64,000 nucleotides of DNA from Escherichia phage JLBYU08. The stretch lies in the sequence record OK272482.1, one strand, 5' to 3'. The notes below the pieces were generated by a model. The model was not told the DNA's origin. It searched no databases and saw nothing but the letters and a program-made list of their open reading frames with translations. The translations under genes were made by a program, and so were the position numbers. Positions 9,844 to 17,893 of the stretch are shown one piece after another; the stretch's first letter is position 1, and the number at the start of each line of letters is the position of its first letter.

Positions 9844-9953
9844 TCGTCTCCCCCTTTCCTTCTGGTAGTAGTGACGCGATCTACAATGGCCCCCAGGAGT
9901 CCTATCCCGACACACACCACAAGAAAAATTATCTCCGCTGTTGTTCGATCCAT
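9828..9953 (-). CDS. small membrane protein, 41 aa
   Basis: In-frame ATG with GAGGAA SD inside track ORF 9828..10010; hydrophobic core. Confidence 0.3.
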   Translation of the reverse strand: MDRTTAEIIFLVVCVGIGLLGAIVDRVTTTRRKGGDDDNQG

Positions 9954-10063
9954 TGTTATAAAATTCCTCAAGATCAGGCCTGAAAATAAAGCGTTCGTTA
10001 TTGAATCCATCCCGCCAGGCGGCTGGCTTCAAATCTTCACTAAAGGGATTAATTAACGTGGCA

Positions 10064-10435
10064 TTATTTAAACGGCTGGTCCACATATTTTCTATTCCTC
10101 TCAAATAGGCGATCCGCCTCAGTTAAACAAATCTCATGGGCGTGATCTCTGGTTTTAGCTTCATCGAAAACCTGTTGTGCAAGGCTGCAACGTAGGGAGA
10201 CTGGAAGATCACTATAATAGGCGTTGACAAACGTTTGAGCGTCGTACAGGTCTGAAAATACTTTACCCTTTCTATTATTCCCCTTGTCAACAATTGCAAG
10301 GATAACCAATACAATAGTTGCAACCACCCCCAGGAAAATAGATATAATAAACCATAAAAAGGCGGATCTTCCCATCTTGCCAGCGATCCAGGCGTTAAAC
10401 AAGGCAACCAATACAGCCAAAATAATAAATTCCAT
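10064..10435 (-). CDS. membrane protein, about 123 aa (start at MEFIILAV)
   Basis: AAAAGAGG SD before internal ATG; two hydrophobic helices at N-terminus. Confidence 0.55.
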   Translation of the reverse strand: MEFIILAVLVALFNAWIAGKMGRSAFLWFIISIFLGVVATIVLVILAIVDKGNNRKGKVFSDLYDAQTFVNAYYSDLPVSLRCSLAQQVFDEAKTRDHAHEICLTEADRLFERNRKYVDQPFK

Positions 10436-10499
10436 TCTATGTACCTCTTTTACAGTTCTGATTAACAATAAGGCGGCAAATATGCCGCCTGCTACCTGA

Positions 10500-10880
10500 T
10501 TAAAAATTATCGCCGTAAATCTTTCCGCTTTCTACCCATACCACCACGCGAGGCATACTATCCCACACGTCTTGTTTTAGATTGAGCGCGTGCAATTCTT
10601 CGGTGGTGCTCATACCGGGCACGGGCTGATTGTATACTGCAAAACGACCGCCTGCATAATCATAGGCCAGGGTTAAATCACACTGGATCATCTTTTTGAT
10701 CATGGTATTAAGCATGGCGTTAGCCGCATATTGATCACGTTTTAAAGGCAACTCTTTGATTAGTTTGCGATAGTTTTCGATATGGTCGCACACTGTTTCA
10801 CGAGGAAGATCTTTCATATCTTCACGGAATGTAACCAGGTTAAACATAACGGTGTCAATAGCCTTGGTAGTGTTTTTCAT
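10500..10880 (-). CDS. hypothetical protein, 126 aa
   Basis: ORF with AAGAGGA SD; own promoter. Confidence 0.6.
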   Translation of the reverse strand: MKNTTKAIDTVMFNLVTFREDMKDLPRETVCDHIENYRKLIKELPLKRDQYAANAMLNTMIKKMIQCDLTLAYDYAGGRFAVYNQPVPGMSTTEELHALNLKQDVWDSMPRVVVWVESGKIYGDNF

Positions 10881-10934
10881 GATGTTATCCTCTTTGTTTT
10901 GTGTTGGGGCAAACGTCTTGCCCCCTTGAGTTTT

Positions 10935-10962
10935 AATATAGCAGGTTTTTAGGTTATTGCAA
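10935..10962 (-). promoter_or_regulatory. sigma70-like promoter (TTGCAA-16-TATATT)
   Basis: Hexamers read on minus strand, 16-bp spacer, upstream of gene 10500..10880. Confidence 0.45.
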
Positions 10963-10970
10963 CACTTTAT

Positions 10971-11594
10971 TTATGAAAAAGTCATCTCACCATATTCATC
11001 GACATCAAACCGCCAATCATTGGCCTCGATAAGGCCGATCAGGTTTTCTGCGGTGAACTGTTCTAGATAGGCCTCCTCCAGGTCTACGTAAACCTTGCGG
11101 GATAGCTCCCGTACCGTCTCGGTGATCAGTTCTTCCAGGTCTTCCACTTTGTTTTCTTGTTTGGCGGTCAGATCTAGCCAAGTGGTATCAATGTACCCGC
11201 TTACAGTGTTTTCATGGCTGTAATGGCTGTACTTGTCGCGTTCAACACTGGCTGATAACTCGCCATCGTGCATTGTGCCGAACAAGTGACGAATTGATCG
11301 GAACTTGGTCAGGGCCTTTACTTTACGCAAAAATTTTTCTAAATCCACGTTTTCAGCACTGATTGACGCGCCGTCACCCTGGCACCAAAAGCCTGACCAA
11401 TGTACTTCGGTATCTTCAAGGCCATACTCTGGAAAAACATATTCTTTATAGTATTCAATTACACTTTCTGCAAAAAAGTTATCCCCGCTGTGTTCTTCTC
11501 TTTCGCGGACCATTTCAACGGCTTTTTCTTTTTGTTCGTCGGTCAGCACGTCGAAAGATAAATTGTAACCTGCGGTAATGTTAACGGTGGTCAT
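10971..11594 (-). CDS. acidic hypothetical protein, 207 aa
   Basis: ORF with TAGGAGAA SD; own promoter. Confidence 0.65.
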   Translation of the reverse strand: MTTVNITAGYNLSFDVLTDEQKEKAVEMVREREEHSGDNFFAESVIEYYKEYVFPEYGLEDTEVHWSGFWCQGDGASISAENVDLEKFLRKVKALTKFRSIRHLFGTMHDGELSASVERDKYSHYSHENTVSGYIDTTWLDLTAKQENKVEDLEELITETVRELSRKVYVDLEEAYLEQFTAENLIGLIEANDWRFDVDEYGEMTFS

Positions 11595-11651
11595 GATATT
11601 TTCTCCTATTTTCTTTGTTAGTGGCGGGAAGTTTTCCCGCCTGTGTGTTTA

Positions 11652-11679
11652 AGTATACTTATTGAGGCTTACTTGTCAA
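11652..11679 (-). promoter_or_regulatory. sigma70-like promoter (TTGACA-16-TATACT)
   Basis: Consensus -35, near-consensus -10, 16-bp spacer; upstream of 10971..11594. Confidence 0.55.
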
Positions 11680-11929
11680 CACTATTTTTTAAATTATTGT
11701 GGCGCAAAATGTTTAAAATCTCCTCAACGTCATCAACACGGCGGCAATTTTTAAACGCTACCAATTGCCCCATGATTTTAATCACTGGGCGGCCTTGCCA
11801 GTGCCCTTGAATAAAGCGCGCCTTAACCTTATCGGTGGAACTATCCCGCCACCAAACGGCTTTATTATTGCAGTAGTAAAAATTATTTAGGACAACATCG
11901 ACTTTATCAAAATTTTTCAATTTACGCAT
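11669..11929 (-). CDS. hypothetical protein, 86 aa
   Basis: ORF with AAGGGGGG SD. Confidence 0.55.
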   Translation of the reverse strand: MRKLKNFDKVDVVLNNFYYCNNKAVWWRDSSTDKVKARFIQGHWQGRPVIKIMGQLVAFKNCRRVDDVEEILNILRHNNLKNSVDK

Positions 11930-11966
11930 GGCGTTTACCCCCCTTACTTCTCGCTTTGATGTGATT

Positions 11967-11994
11967 AGTATAGCTAACCTGTTGACGATGTCAA
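11967..11994 (-). promoter_or_regulatory. sigma70-like promoter (TTGACA-16-TATACT)
   Basis: Same architecture as the promoter at 11652; upstream of 11669..11929. Confidence 0.55.
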
Positions 11995-12152
11995 TGATAT
12001 TTTTAACGCCATGAAACGGCCCTGGGCGATGTTTTCAGGTTAAAGGGGGCGATTGCATAGGTGGGGGCCTTTTTGGCGCTTACAGGGCCAACCAGGGGCG
12101 CTATTCGTAGGATAGAAATAAAAAGCCCCGCACAATGGCGGGGCGTTGGTTG

Positions 12153-12350
12153 TTATTTGTCTTTATGGCGGTATCGTTCTGCCTGTCGTTCACGTTCCAA
12201 AAGTAGGCCGGGCAATTTACGATCATAATGATTACGCCAGATCTTCCCAAACCTTTTTGGCTTATTCAGTTTATTGTTACGCTGGCGGCGTTCTGGCAGC
12301 TCTTCGGAATCATGAGGGCGCTTTACAATTTTCTCGAAATTAATTTTCAT
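12153..12350 (-). CDS. highly basic small protein, about 65 aa
   Basis: Arg/Lys-rich ORF; AGGGGGG SD before internal ATG. Confidence 0.5.
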   Translation of the reverse strand: MKINFEKIVKRPHDSEELPERRQRNNKLNKPKRFGKIWRNHYDRKLPGLLLERERQAERYRHKDK

Positions 12351-12693
12351 ATATTCCCCCCTTGCTAACTTCAATATTGGCCTGAATAGCCCGGATACGG
12401 CGCTTTATAACTTCCTGATCTGTGTGGTCGTATCCCCAAAAGTCTACAATTTTTGCGCCCCCCGCCTCCAGGCGGTATAGTGTTTCCTGCATTTTGTAAG
12501 CCGGGATCGGTCGCGGTGTTACTTGGTCACCTTCTTTATTTTTATACTTTATAATATAATCTTCGTTATCGTTGAATGCCCAAAATGGATATTCTGCAAG
12601 GGCGGTACTTCCTCTTTCCTTTTTATCCTGGATCTTATTTACAATTAAAGCCGTAGCAATAGCGCCAATAATAAAACTTGCCCCGCTGATCAT
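12340..12693 (-). CDS. membrane-anchored protein, 117 aa
   Basis: N-terminal hydrophobic helix; AAAGGAGAAA SD. Confidence 0.6.
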   Translation of the reverse strand: MISGASFIIGAIATALIVNKIQDKKERGSTALAEYPFWAFNDNEDYIIKYKNKEGDQVTPRPIPAYKMQETLYRLEAGGAKIVDFWGYDHTDQEVIKRRIRAIQANIEVSKGGIYEN

Positions 12694-12767
12694 GTACTTT
12701 CTCCTTTCATGGTGTTAATAAATTATCTTTATAGATGGCCCTGCAACCAGGACCACCGAAAAAATAA

Positions 12768-13013
12768 CTATTTCACAATGCCTACAAAACAGATCCCGCC
12801 TTCACCTATATAAGCAATATCGGTCACTTTATAACTTGTCAAGATCTGCTTATTTAGTTCATTAATAAAATCGGTCATTGCGTTGGTGTAGTTGTCTTCC
12901 GTGTCTAAGGCATAATCCCAGGTGTACACCTTTTTACGTCCGAAGCCTTTTACCATGATACGGGCGCTTTTGGTGTTGGTAGGGGCATAATATTTGGTGA
13001 TTAGTGCTGCCAT
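12768..13013 (-). CDS. hypothetical protein, 81 aa
   Basis: ORF with TAGGAG SD; promoter-hairpin element upstream. Confidence 0.6.
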   Translation of the reverse strand: MAALITKYYAPTNTKSARIMVKGFGRKKVYTWDYALDTEDNYTNAMTDFINELNKQILTSYKVTDIAYIGEGGICFVGIVK

Positions 13014-13054
13014 GGTTTTAACTCCTATGCATTAGTTCAGTGTTAACAGTATAA

Positions 13055-13100
13055 AGTTTACTTTATTGATGGCCCTGGTGTCAAGGCCATCTAAAAATAA
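13055..13100 (-). promoter_or_regulatory. repeated promoter-hairpin element copy 2 (TTGACA in loop, then TAAACT)
   Basis: Near-identical to the copies at 9333 and 13676. Confidence 0.5.
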
Positions 13101-13102
13101 GC

Positions 13103-13444
13103 TTACTCGTTTTCTTCCAGCTCCGCAAGCTCTTCTTTTGCTTCTTCTAACTCTGTCTGTAATTCCTGGTATTCTTCATCGTCCTCAATATCCAGGCTGT
13201 CGATGTAGTCGCTAAATCCGCAGCGGTAAGCGATAGGATCTAGCTCCTTGAGGATACGCGACGGAAGAAAAGAAATGTTTCCGATCATAATTTCGCCGTA
13301 GATCTCGTCTAACCATTCATCATAGTTTTCGTCGTACTTGTCCTCGTCGATTTCAAAGTTATCGATCTTATTCTCAAGGTCTGCGATCTGTTTTTTCAGT
13401 TCAGCGATCTGCATAGCTTTTTCTGAGGCGGTCATAGTAGTCAT
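13103..13444 (-). CDS. acidic coiled-coil protein, 113 aa
   Basis: ORF with AAAGGAGAAAAA SD; consensus promoter upstream. Confidence 0.6.
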   Translation of the reverse strand: MTTMTASEKAMQIAELKKQIADLENKIDNFEIDEDKYDENYDEWLDEIYGEIMIGNISFLPSRILKELDPIAYRCGFSDYIDSLDIEDDEEYQELQTELEEAKEELAELEENE

Positions 13445-13495
13445 GGTGTTTTTCTCCTTTTGTGTGTTCTGGGAAGTTTTCCCGTTTATGTGCTT

Positions 13496-13523
13496 ATTAT
13501 ATCGATTTAAGTTAGCTTGTCAA
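13496..13523 (-). promoter_or_regulatory. sigma70 consensus promoter (TTGACA-16-TATAAT)
   Basis: Perfect -35 and -10 hexamers with 16-bp spacer on minus strand. Confidence 0.6.
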
Positions 13524-13643
13524 TTAAAAGTTTAAGAAAAATTTTGCGACACCGTTGGCGCTACCCATCAACATTTGCGCCAGGATGTACCCAATGATGC
13601 AAACGATGATGGTTACCTTTGTGTGCTGGCGTGTAGTGCTCAT
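13524..13643 (-). CDS. small membrane protein, 39 aa
   Basis: Short hydrophobic ORF with AAAGGAGG SD, not in ORF track. Confidence 0.4.
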   Translation of the reverse strand: MSTTRQHTKVTIIVCIIGYILAQMLMGSANGVAKFFLNF

Positions 13644-13675
13644 CTTTAAGCCTCCTTTTCCGCTCAACTGTGGTT

Positions 13676-13721
13676 AGTTTACTTTATTGATGGCCCTGGT
13701 GTCAAGGCCATCTAAAAATAA
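13676..13721 (-). promoter_or_regulatory. repeated promoter-hairpin element copy 3
   Basis: Near-identical 44-bp element upstream of small gene 13524..13643. Confidence 0.5.
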
Positions 13722-13723
13722 AC

Positions 13724-14119
13724 TCAATAAGTTTTTAGTACTTTCCCGTCCAATCTGTCAAGCTGGATCTCGATAGCTGCAGAAAACCTATTGTAAACCA
13801 CATCGCCCAGGGAGTCCAGCCAATCTATGACGTTATATACCTGCTCTTTATTCTTGCAAGTCCGGATCCGTTTCATTACGTAAGACGGATCAATATTAGC
13901 GCTCTCGTTGTTGTGGTCCTGCGCCTGGCCTGCTGCGCTAGTTATAGATTTTACAACCACCTGAAAGGGCTTTAAGGTGCCTTTTGCGTTCATCTCACGC
14001 GCTTTTGCGGCGCGGTTGTTATATGTTACACAACGGCGGCAAATGTTGACCAAATGCATATCAATAATTTTTTCATCGTTTGCCAGTTCGTTCATGATGC
14101 GGCGTACGTTCTTATTCAT
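13724..14119 (-). CDS. hypothetical protein, 131 aa
   Basis: ORF with AAAGGAAA SD. Confidence 0.6.
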   Translation of the reverse strand: MNKNVRRIMNELANDEKIIDMHLVNICRRCVTYNNRAAKAREMNAKGTLKPFQVVVKSITSAAGQAQDHNNESANIDPSYVMKRIRTCKNKEQVYNVIDWLDSLGDVVYNRFSAAIEIQLDRLDGKVLKTY

Positions 14120-14167
14120 GATCTTTTTCCTTTGTGCTGGCGGGAAACATTCCAGCCTTTTGTGTCT

Positions 14168-14195
14168 AGTTTACTTAAATTTTGCAGCGTGTCAA
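14168..14195 (-). promoter_or_regulatory. sigma70-like promoter (TTGACA-16-TAAACT)
   Basis: Hexamers on minus strand upstream of 13724..14119. Confidence 0.45.
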
Positions 14196-14201
14196 TGATT
14201 T

Positions 14202-14600
14202 TTATTCGTGGGCGCATGTTACAATGTGTTTTTTATAGCCCAGGTGGTCAGCAAGTGCCGACAAAAACTCTTCTTCGTAGATCCAGCCGTCGGCAGTGAT
14301 CCCCATAGCATTTAATGCGCTCTCAAGTGCTGCGTTAGCTTTATCGTAACCGTGACCGCTCGCCTTGCCGCCAGTATAACCGTACTTATTGTTCTTGTTG
14401 TCGTGAATCCAAAACACGCAGTAGTGAGTGTTCCCGCTGGCGGCGGCATAATACCGGATCTCAGCTACTTCGTGCAAATTATTGTCATCGTCCAGGCCCA
14501 CCAGATTATAAGCCTTGTAAAATCCACGATCACGGCGGCAGTTCTTGACATCAGAAAAAGAAAAGTCTGCATTATCAAAATTAAAGGTAGTGGTTTTCAT
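14202..14600 (-). CDS. hypothetical protein, 132 aa
   Basis: ORF with AAGAGGA SD. Confidence 0.6.
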   Translation of the reverse strand: MKTTTFNFDNADFSFSDVKNCRRDRGFYKAYNLVGLDDDNNLHEVAEIRYYAAASGNTHYCVFWIHDNKNNKYGYTGGKASGHGYDKANAALESALNAMGITADGWIYEEEFLSALADHLGYKKHIVTCAHE

Positions 14601-14664
14601 GATTTTATCCTCTTAGTGTCTTTTGTGCTTTTAGTGTATTTGGTGTCGGACTGTATGTCAATAC

Positions 14665-14862
14665 TTATTTTTTATTAAACCAGTGGTTGATCTGACCTTT
14701 TGTCAGGGCGCAACGATTAAGCTGTTGCAGGGTATAGCTATGACCGCGACGAAATTTATAAAGGCCTTGCCCGTTGTTGATGGTTACATCCACCCGGCAA
14801 ATCACTTGATTGGTGACCACCTGGCGAGTGTTGCGACGTACTTTGATCCCGTATGCGTTCAT
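14665..14862 (-). CDS. basic hypothetical protein, about 65 aa (start at MNAYGIKV)
   Basis: AAGAGGA SD before internal ATG; upstream part of track ORF overlaps a promoter. Confidence 0.5.
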   Translation of the reverse strand: MNAYGIKVRRNTRQVVTNQVICRVDVTINNGQGLYKFRRGHSYTLQQLNRCALTKGQINHWFNKK

Positions 14863-14912
14863 AAATTTATCCTCTTTACTGGTTAGTGCGGTGTTGTTCA
14901 CCTTGTAGGGTA

Positions 14913-14940
14913 ATAATACCATGATTAACCTTGTTGTCAA
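14913..14940 (-). promoter_or_regulatory. sigma70-like promoter (TTGACA-16-TATTAT)
   Basis: Hexamers on minus strand upstream of 14665..14862. Confidence 0.45.
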
Positions 14941-14948
14941 CGACTATT

Positions 14949-15110
14949 TTAAATTATTTTTATGATAGAATCCACCTGCCGTCCCCGCCAGGTTAACCAC
15001 CATTTTTCGTACTCTTCTTTATGTTCCAACGCTCCCGCCATAGCCTTTTCAACCAGGGCGATAGCCTCAGAGTCATTAATAGCTACATTTTCCAGGGGGG
15101 ATCATATCAT
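14949..15110 (-). pseudogene. small acidic ORF broken by a frame shift at a C6 run (G6 on plus strand, 15095-15100)
   Basis: Strong SD (GAAGAGGAGG) and ATG, then stop within 10 codons; a 50-codon frame resumes after the homopolymer. Confidence 0.3.
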
Positions 15111-15264
15111 TTTTGTACCTCCTCTTCAATTGTTACCTATCCTGTAGCATAGGCCCACCAGGTTTACAAGCCTTCATTCTCCCCTACCTGGTCAGTTAGG
15201 TCCTGCCAGGCTGGCCCCGCCAGGTGGCACAATATACCTATCGAAAGGACGGCAGGCACCGGTG

Positions 15265-15470
15265 ACGGGGGAGACAACCACCGGGGATGGGCGCTGCATA
15301 AAATGAGAACGGTTATCATTATCATTTAAAAATTTATGCAAAAAAAAAAATCCTTGCTTTCTTTGTCCTGTGTGATACTATAATAACAAGCCGGGGCAAC
15401 AGGGGCCGGGAGACAATCACCGGGCCTGCCCGTTATTCTGCAAACGAGAATGATTATCATTCAAAATTCT
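15265..15470. repeat. two imperfect direct repeats of about 65 bp (GGGAGACAA-CACCGGG ... ATGAGAAC ... TTATCATT)
   Basis: Visible by eye at about 15267-15330 and 15406-15467; A11 run at 15340-15350 between them. Confidence 0.5.
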
Positions 15471-15574
15471 AAATGAGAACTCCTCGCATTTAATAAATTT
15501 AATTAGCACGCTAATTACCCTCCGTAACAATTTACTATAAAATAGTATCCACTAAAATATTCCCATATAGAAAT

Positions 15575-15770
15575 TTTAAAAATCCATTTCTGAAAACGAA
15601 AAATCGATTTCGTCCCCAAAAATTTCAGGTTGAGAGCCGGAACGATTTCCAGAAAATCCGATTCAGAAAACGAAAAACAGATCGAGTACTGAGAAATTTA
15701 TCGAGAAAAATTTTCAGAAAATCCAAGCCCTGAAATGAAAAGTAGATCGAGTACCTGGAAAGCTGCACCG
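15575..15770. repeat. A-tract repeat cluster (TCAGAAAA, AAAATCC, AGATCGAGTAC motifs)
   Basis: Several copies of short motifs in a 900-bp non-coding gap. Confidence 0.5.
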
Positions 15771-16066
15771 CAACTTCAAGATAGCGGTTAGATTGTTACC
15801 ATAGAAGGTCAAGGGTAAGTGGAGGAAGTTCTAGTAGAGAGAGGTTAGCATGTGTGGGAAATCTATAATGGTGGCCTGGAATATGGTGCAAACGATAGGA
15901 TGAGTTATTCAGCTTGTCGCGCCTACTCTGAAAAATCCATTTTAGTTTTCGATCCATTTTCTGATTTTCTAAGAATTTTAAAATATCCAGCCCGGTGAAA
16001 TATCAAAAGGAGGAAATCCATTTTAGAAATCCCCCTTATACTTGATATGCCAGAAATTTTCAAGTA

Positions 16067-16396
16067 TCAGTTGTCTTTGTTTTTAGGTTTGTACATGCGC
16101 AGAGGTATGGTCTTTGTAACATTCCATTTCCTCAACCCTTCCCAGCTCCAGTTGTGGGCGTGGTATCCGGTTATGCATGCACTACTGGAGTGATCGTAAG
16201 CATAAGAGAACGCTAAGCGCACCAGGTGGGGCCAGTCCTTCCATGGTTGTGGACCGTAAGCTTTTCTCCAACACCGACACAAACTAAATGTCTCAAGGAT
16301 AGGAAGGATAACAAACCCATACACTGTCACCAAAATAGCCAGTGCAATGATTGTCAGGAATACATACCCTGCAGTTGAAATGATGATCTCTGTCAT
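16067..16396 (-). CDS. membrane protein, 109 aa
   Basis: N-terminal hydrophobic segment; AGGGGAGGA SD; ATGA coupling. Confidence 0.6.
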   Translation of the reverse strand: MTEIIISTAGYVFLTIIALAILVTVYGFVILPILETFSLCRCWRKAYGPQPWKDWPHLVRLAFSYAYDHSSSACITGYHAHNWSWEGLRKWNVTKTIPLRMYKPKNKDN

Positions 16397-16590
16397 TTGT
16401 CCTCCCCTTTCTTACGAATATAGATGTGAGATCCTGCCTGTATATAAATTTCTCGACCATCTTCTGCAAAGATATGAAATACACGATCACCTTCGTACTC
16501 GATACGAGATATTTTCATAATGGTCTTTCCACCTGGGATACGGATCTCGTCCCCCACAGCGATGTTCCATGCAGATTTAAGCTTAAACAT
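16393..16590 (-). CDS. hypothetical protein, about 65 aa
   Basis: AAGGAAGG SD before internal ATG of track ORF. Confidence 0.5.
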   Translation of the reverse strand: MFKLKSAWNIAVGDEIRIPGGKTIMKISRIEYEGDRVFHIFAEDGREIYIQAGSHIYIRKKGEDK

Positions 16591-16828
16591 CTGCACCTTC
16601 CTTTGGGAGCTCGAACTCTGGCATAGCCATATACGCCACAACAGGGTTGTAATCAAAGTAGAAATGACCGTTAATTATCCCAGTTTTGTGAGCATAGTCA
16701 CCAGATCCTGCAAGAACAACCTCGCAAACTCCGAAATCAACCTTGCCATTCTCATCTGCCATGGCTACAATATACTTTCCTAGAGGCATGTTTTTAACGC
16801 CGTCTACAAATGTCCACCCTTTGTTCAT
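16583..16828 (-). CDS. hypothetical protein, 81 aa
   Basis: ORF with GGAGA SD. Confidence 0.55.
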   Translation of the reverse strand: MNKGWTFVDGVKNMPLGKYIVAMADENGKVDFGVCEVVLAGSGDYAHKTGIINGHFYFDYNPVVAYMAMPEFELPKEGADV

Positions 16829-16849
16829 AACTTTATCTCCTGGACTTTC

Positions 16850-17182
16850 TTAAGGTAACCAGTAAACAATTTCGCCTTTCAGTTCCATGTCGTTACCGAC
16901 ATAGATTTTCCAGCCATCCATTTTAGCCACTGCAGGAGTGAAGTCCGAAGAACCACTAACCTCTTTCCAAGTCCCGTAGTCAGGTTGCCAGATATAGAAT
17001 CCACCTTCCTTGTCCCATGCTCCATATACCACATCGAGCAGGTTGCCCATTGCAACAATAGTAGGCCGTGGGAATAATACACCTACAGATGCACCACAAT
17101 TTCGGGTAGATTTTAAATTACAATCCCAAAAGATGTCTGCCAGTGTGGCGGCAATAGCTTTACGTCTTTCCAATGTTACCAT
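16850..17182 (-). CDS. hypothetical protein, 110 aa
   Basis: ORF; weak SD. Confidence 0.5.
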   Translation of the reverse strand: MVTLERRKAIAATLADIFWDCNLKSTRNCGASVGVLFPRPTIVAMGNLLDVVYGAWDKEGGFYIWQPDYGTWKEVSGSSDFTPAVAKMDGWKIYVGNDMELKGEIVYWLP

Positions 17183-17192
17183 GGCACGATAC

Positions 17193-17384
17193 TCACTTGT
17201 TGTTAAGAAGTTCTAAAACTTTCTGTTTTACTTTGTCAAGGTCTGTGGATTCAAAAACTGTACGATATCCCCAACTTTGCCCATAGGAGTGACTGCAATC
17301 CCCGTAGCACCATTGCTCAATTTGATAGTATTCAAGGAAGGGGTGCTGTCTAACTATGATACCATCCCGGTTAAAAATTACCAT
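17193..17384 (-). CDS. hypothetical protein, 63 aa
   Basis: ORF. Confidence 0.45.
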   Translation of the reverse strand: MVIFNRDGIIVRQHPFLEYYQIEQWCYGDCSHSYGQSWGYRTVFESTDLDKVKQKVLELLNNK

Positions 17385-17447
17385 AATACATCACTCTCTG
17401 TTAGTTTATGCATATATTATACACTGCAGTTTTCAGATGTCAATCTT

Positions 17448-17642
17448 TTACAGGTTACTCCAGTATAATCGGCATTTACATTTTGGGCAATGAGGTTCTT
17501 TTATGTAATAACCATCAGTCTTTGGAACACTTTTTGGTGCAGTTTTAAGATTGTACCTGGTAAAACATCGGAAGCAGGTTACCTCTCCCACCTGTTGATC
17601 GTTGATCCACTCACCAGAGTAAAGCTCTTTCTTGTTTCTCAT
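17448..17642 (-). CDS. zinc-ribbon-like small protein, about 64 aa (CxxC...CxxC)
   Basis: Two Cys pairs; GGGAGAG SD before internal ATG. Confidence 0.5.
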   Translation of the reverse strand: MRNKKELYSGEWINDQQVGEVTCFRCFTRYNLKTAPKSVPKTDGYYIKEPHCPKCKCRLYWSNL

Positions 17643-17668
17643 AATTCTCTCCCAAATCCTCTGCAATC

Positions 17669-17839
17669 TTATACCAAAATCTCCAGCCAGAAAGCACACG
17701 GGAACACCTTGAGGATTGAATCTTTACTTGGCTCGGAAGTTCTTTTTCCGTATGGTAGGTAGAAATACCCCCCTGCAGATTCGAATATAGCTCCTTCGGT
17801 TGTATCTACCACAGCAAGAATTAAGATTTTAGTCTCCAC
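17669..17839 (-). CDS. hypothetical small protein, about 56 aa, GTG start
   Basis: GAGAGGAGAG SD before GTG; not in ORF track. Confidence 0.35.
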   Translation of the reverse strand: METKILILAVVDTTEGAIFESAGGYFYLPYGKRTSEPSKDSILKVFPCAFWLEILV

Positions 17840-17893
17840 AGTGCTCTCCTCTCTTAGTTGTTGTGGAAACTATATCACCTCAGAAGATGGTCG

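Noticed and set aside
15985-16000. AAAGGAGGAAA Shine-Dalgarno-like sequence on the plus strand
   Set aside because: No ATG, GTG or TTG start with an open frame at suitable spacing downstream.
15150-16060. Possible CRISPR array or tRNA cluster in the second non-coding gap
   Set aside because: Same reason: imperfect A-rich repeats with no regular repeat-spacer structure, and no cloverleaf-compatible sequences found.
17760-17800. GATTCGAAT sequence resembling a tRNA T-loop
   Set aside because: No matching acceptor stem, D-arm or anticodon stem can be folded around it; it lies inside a small coding ORF.
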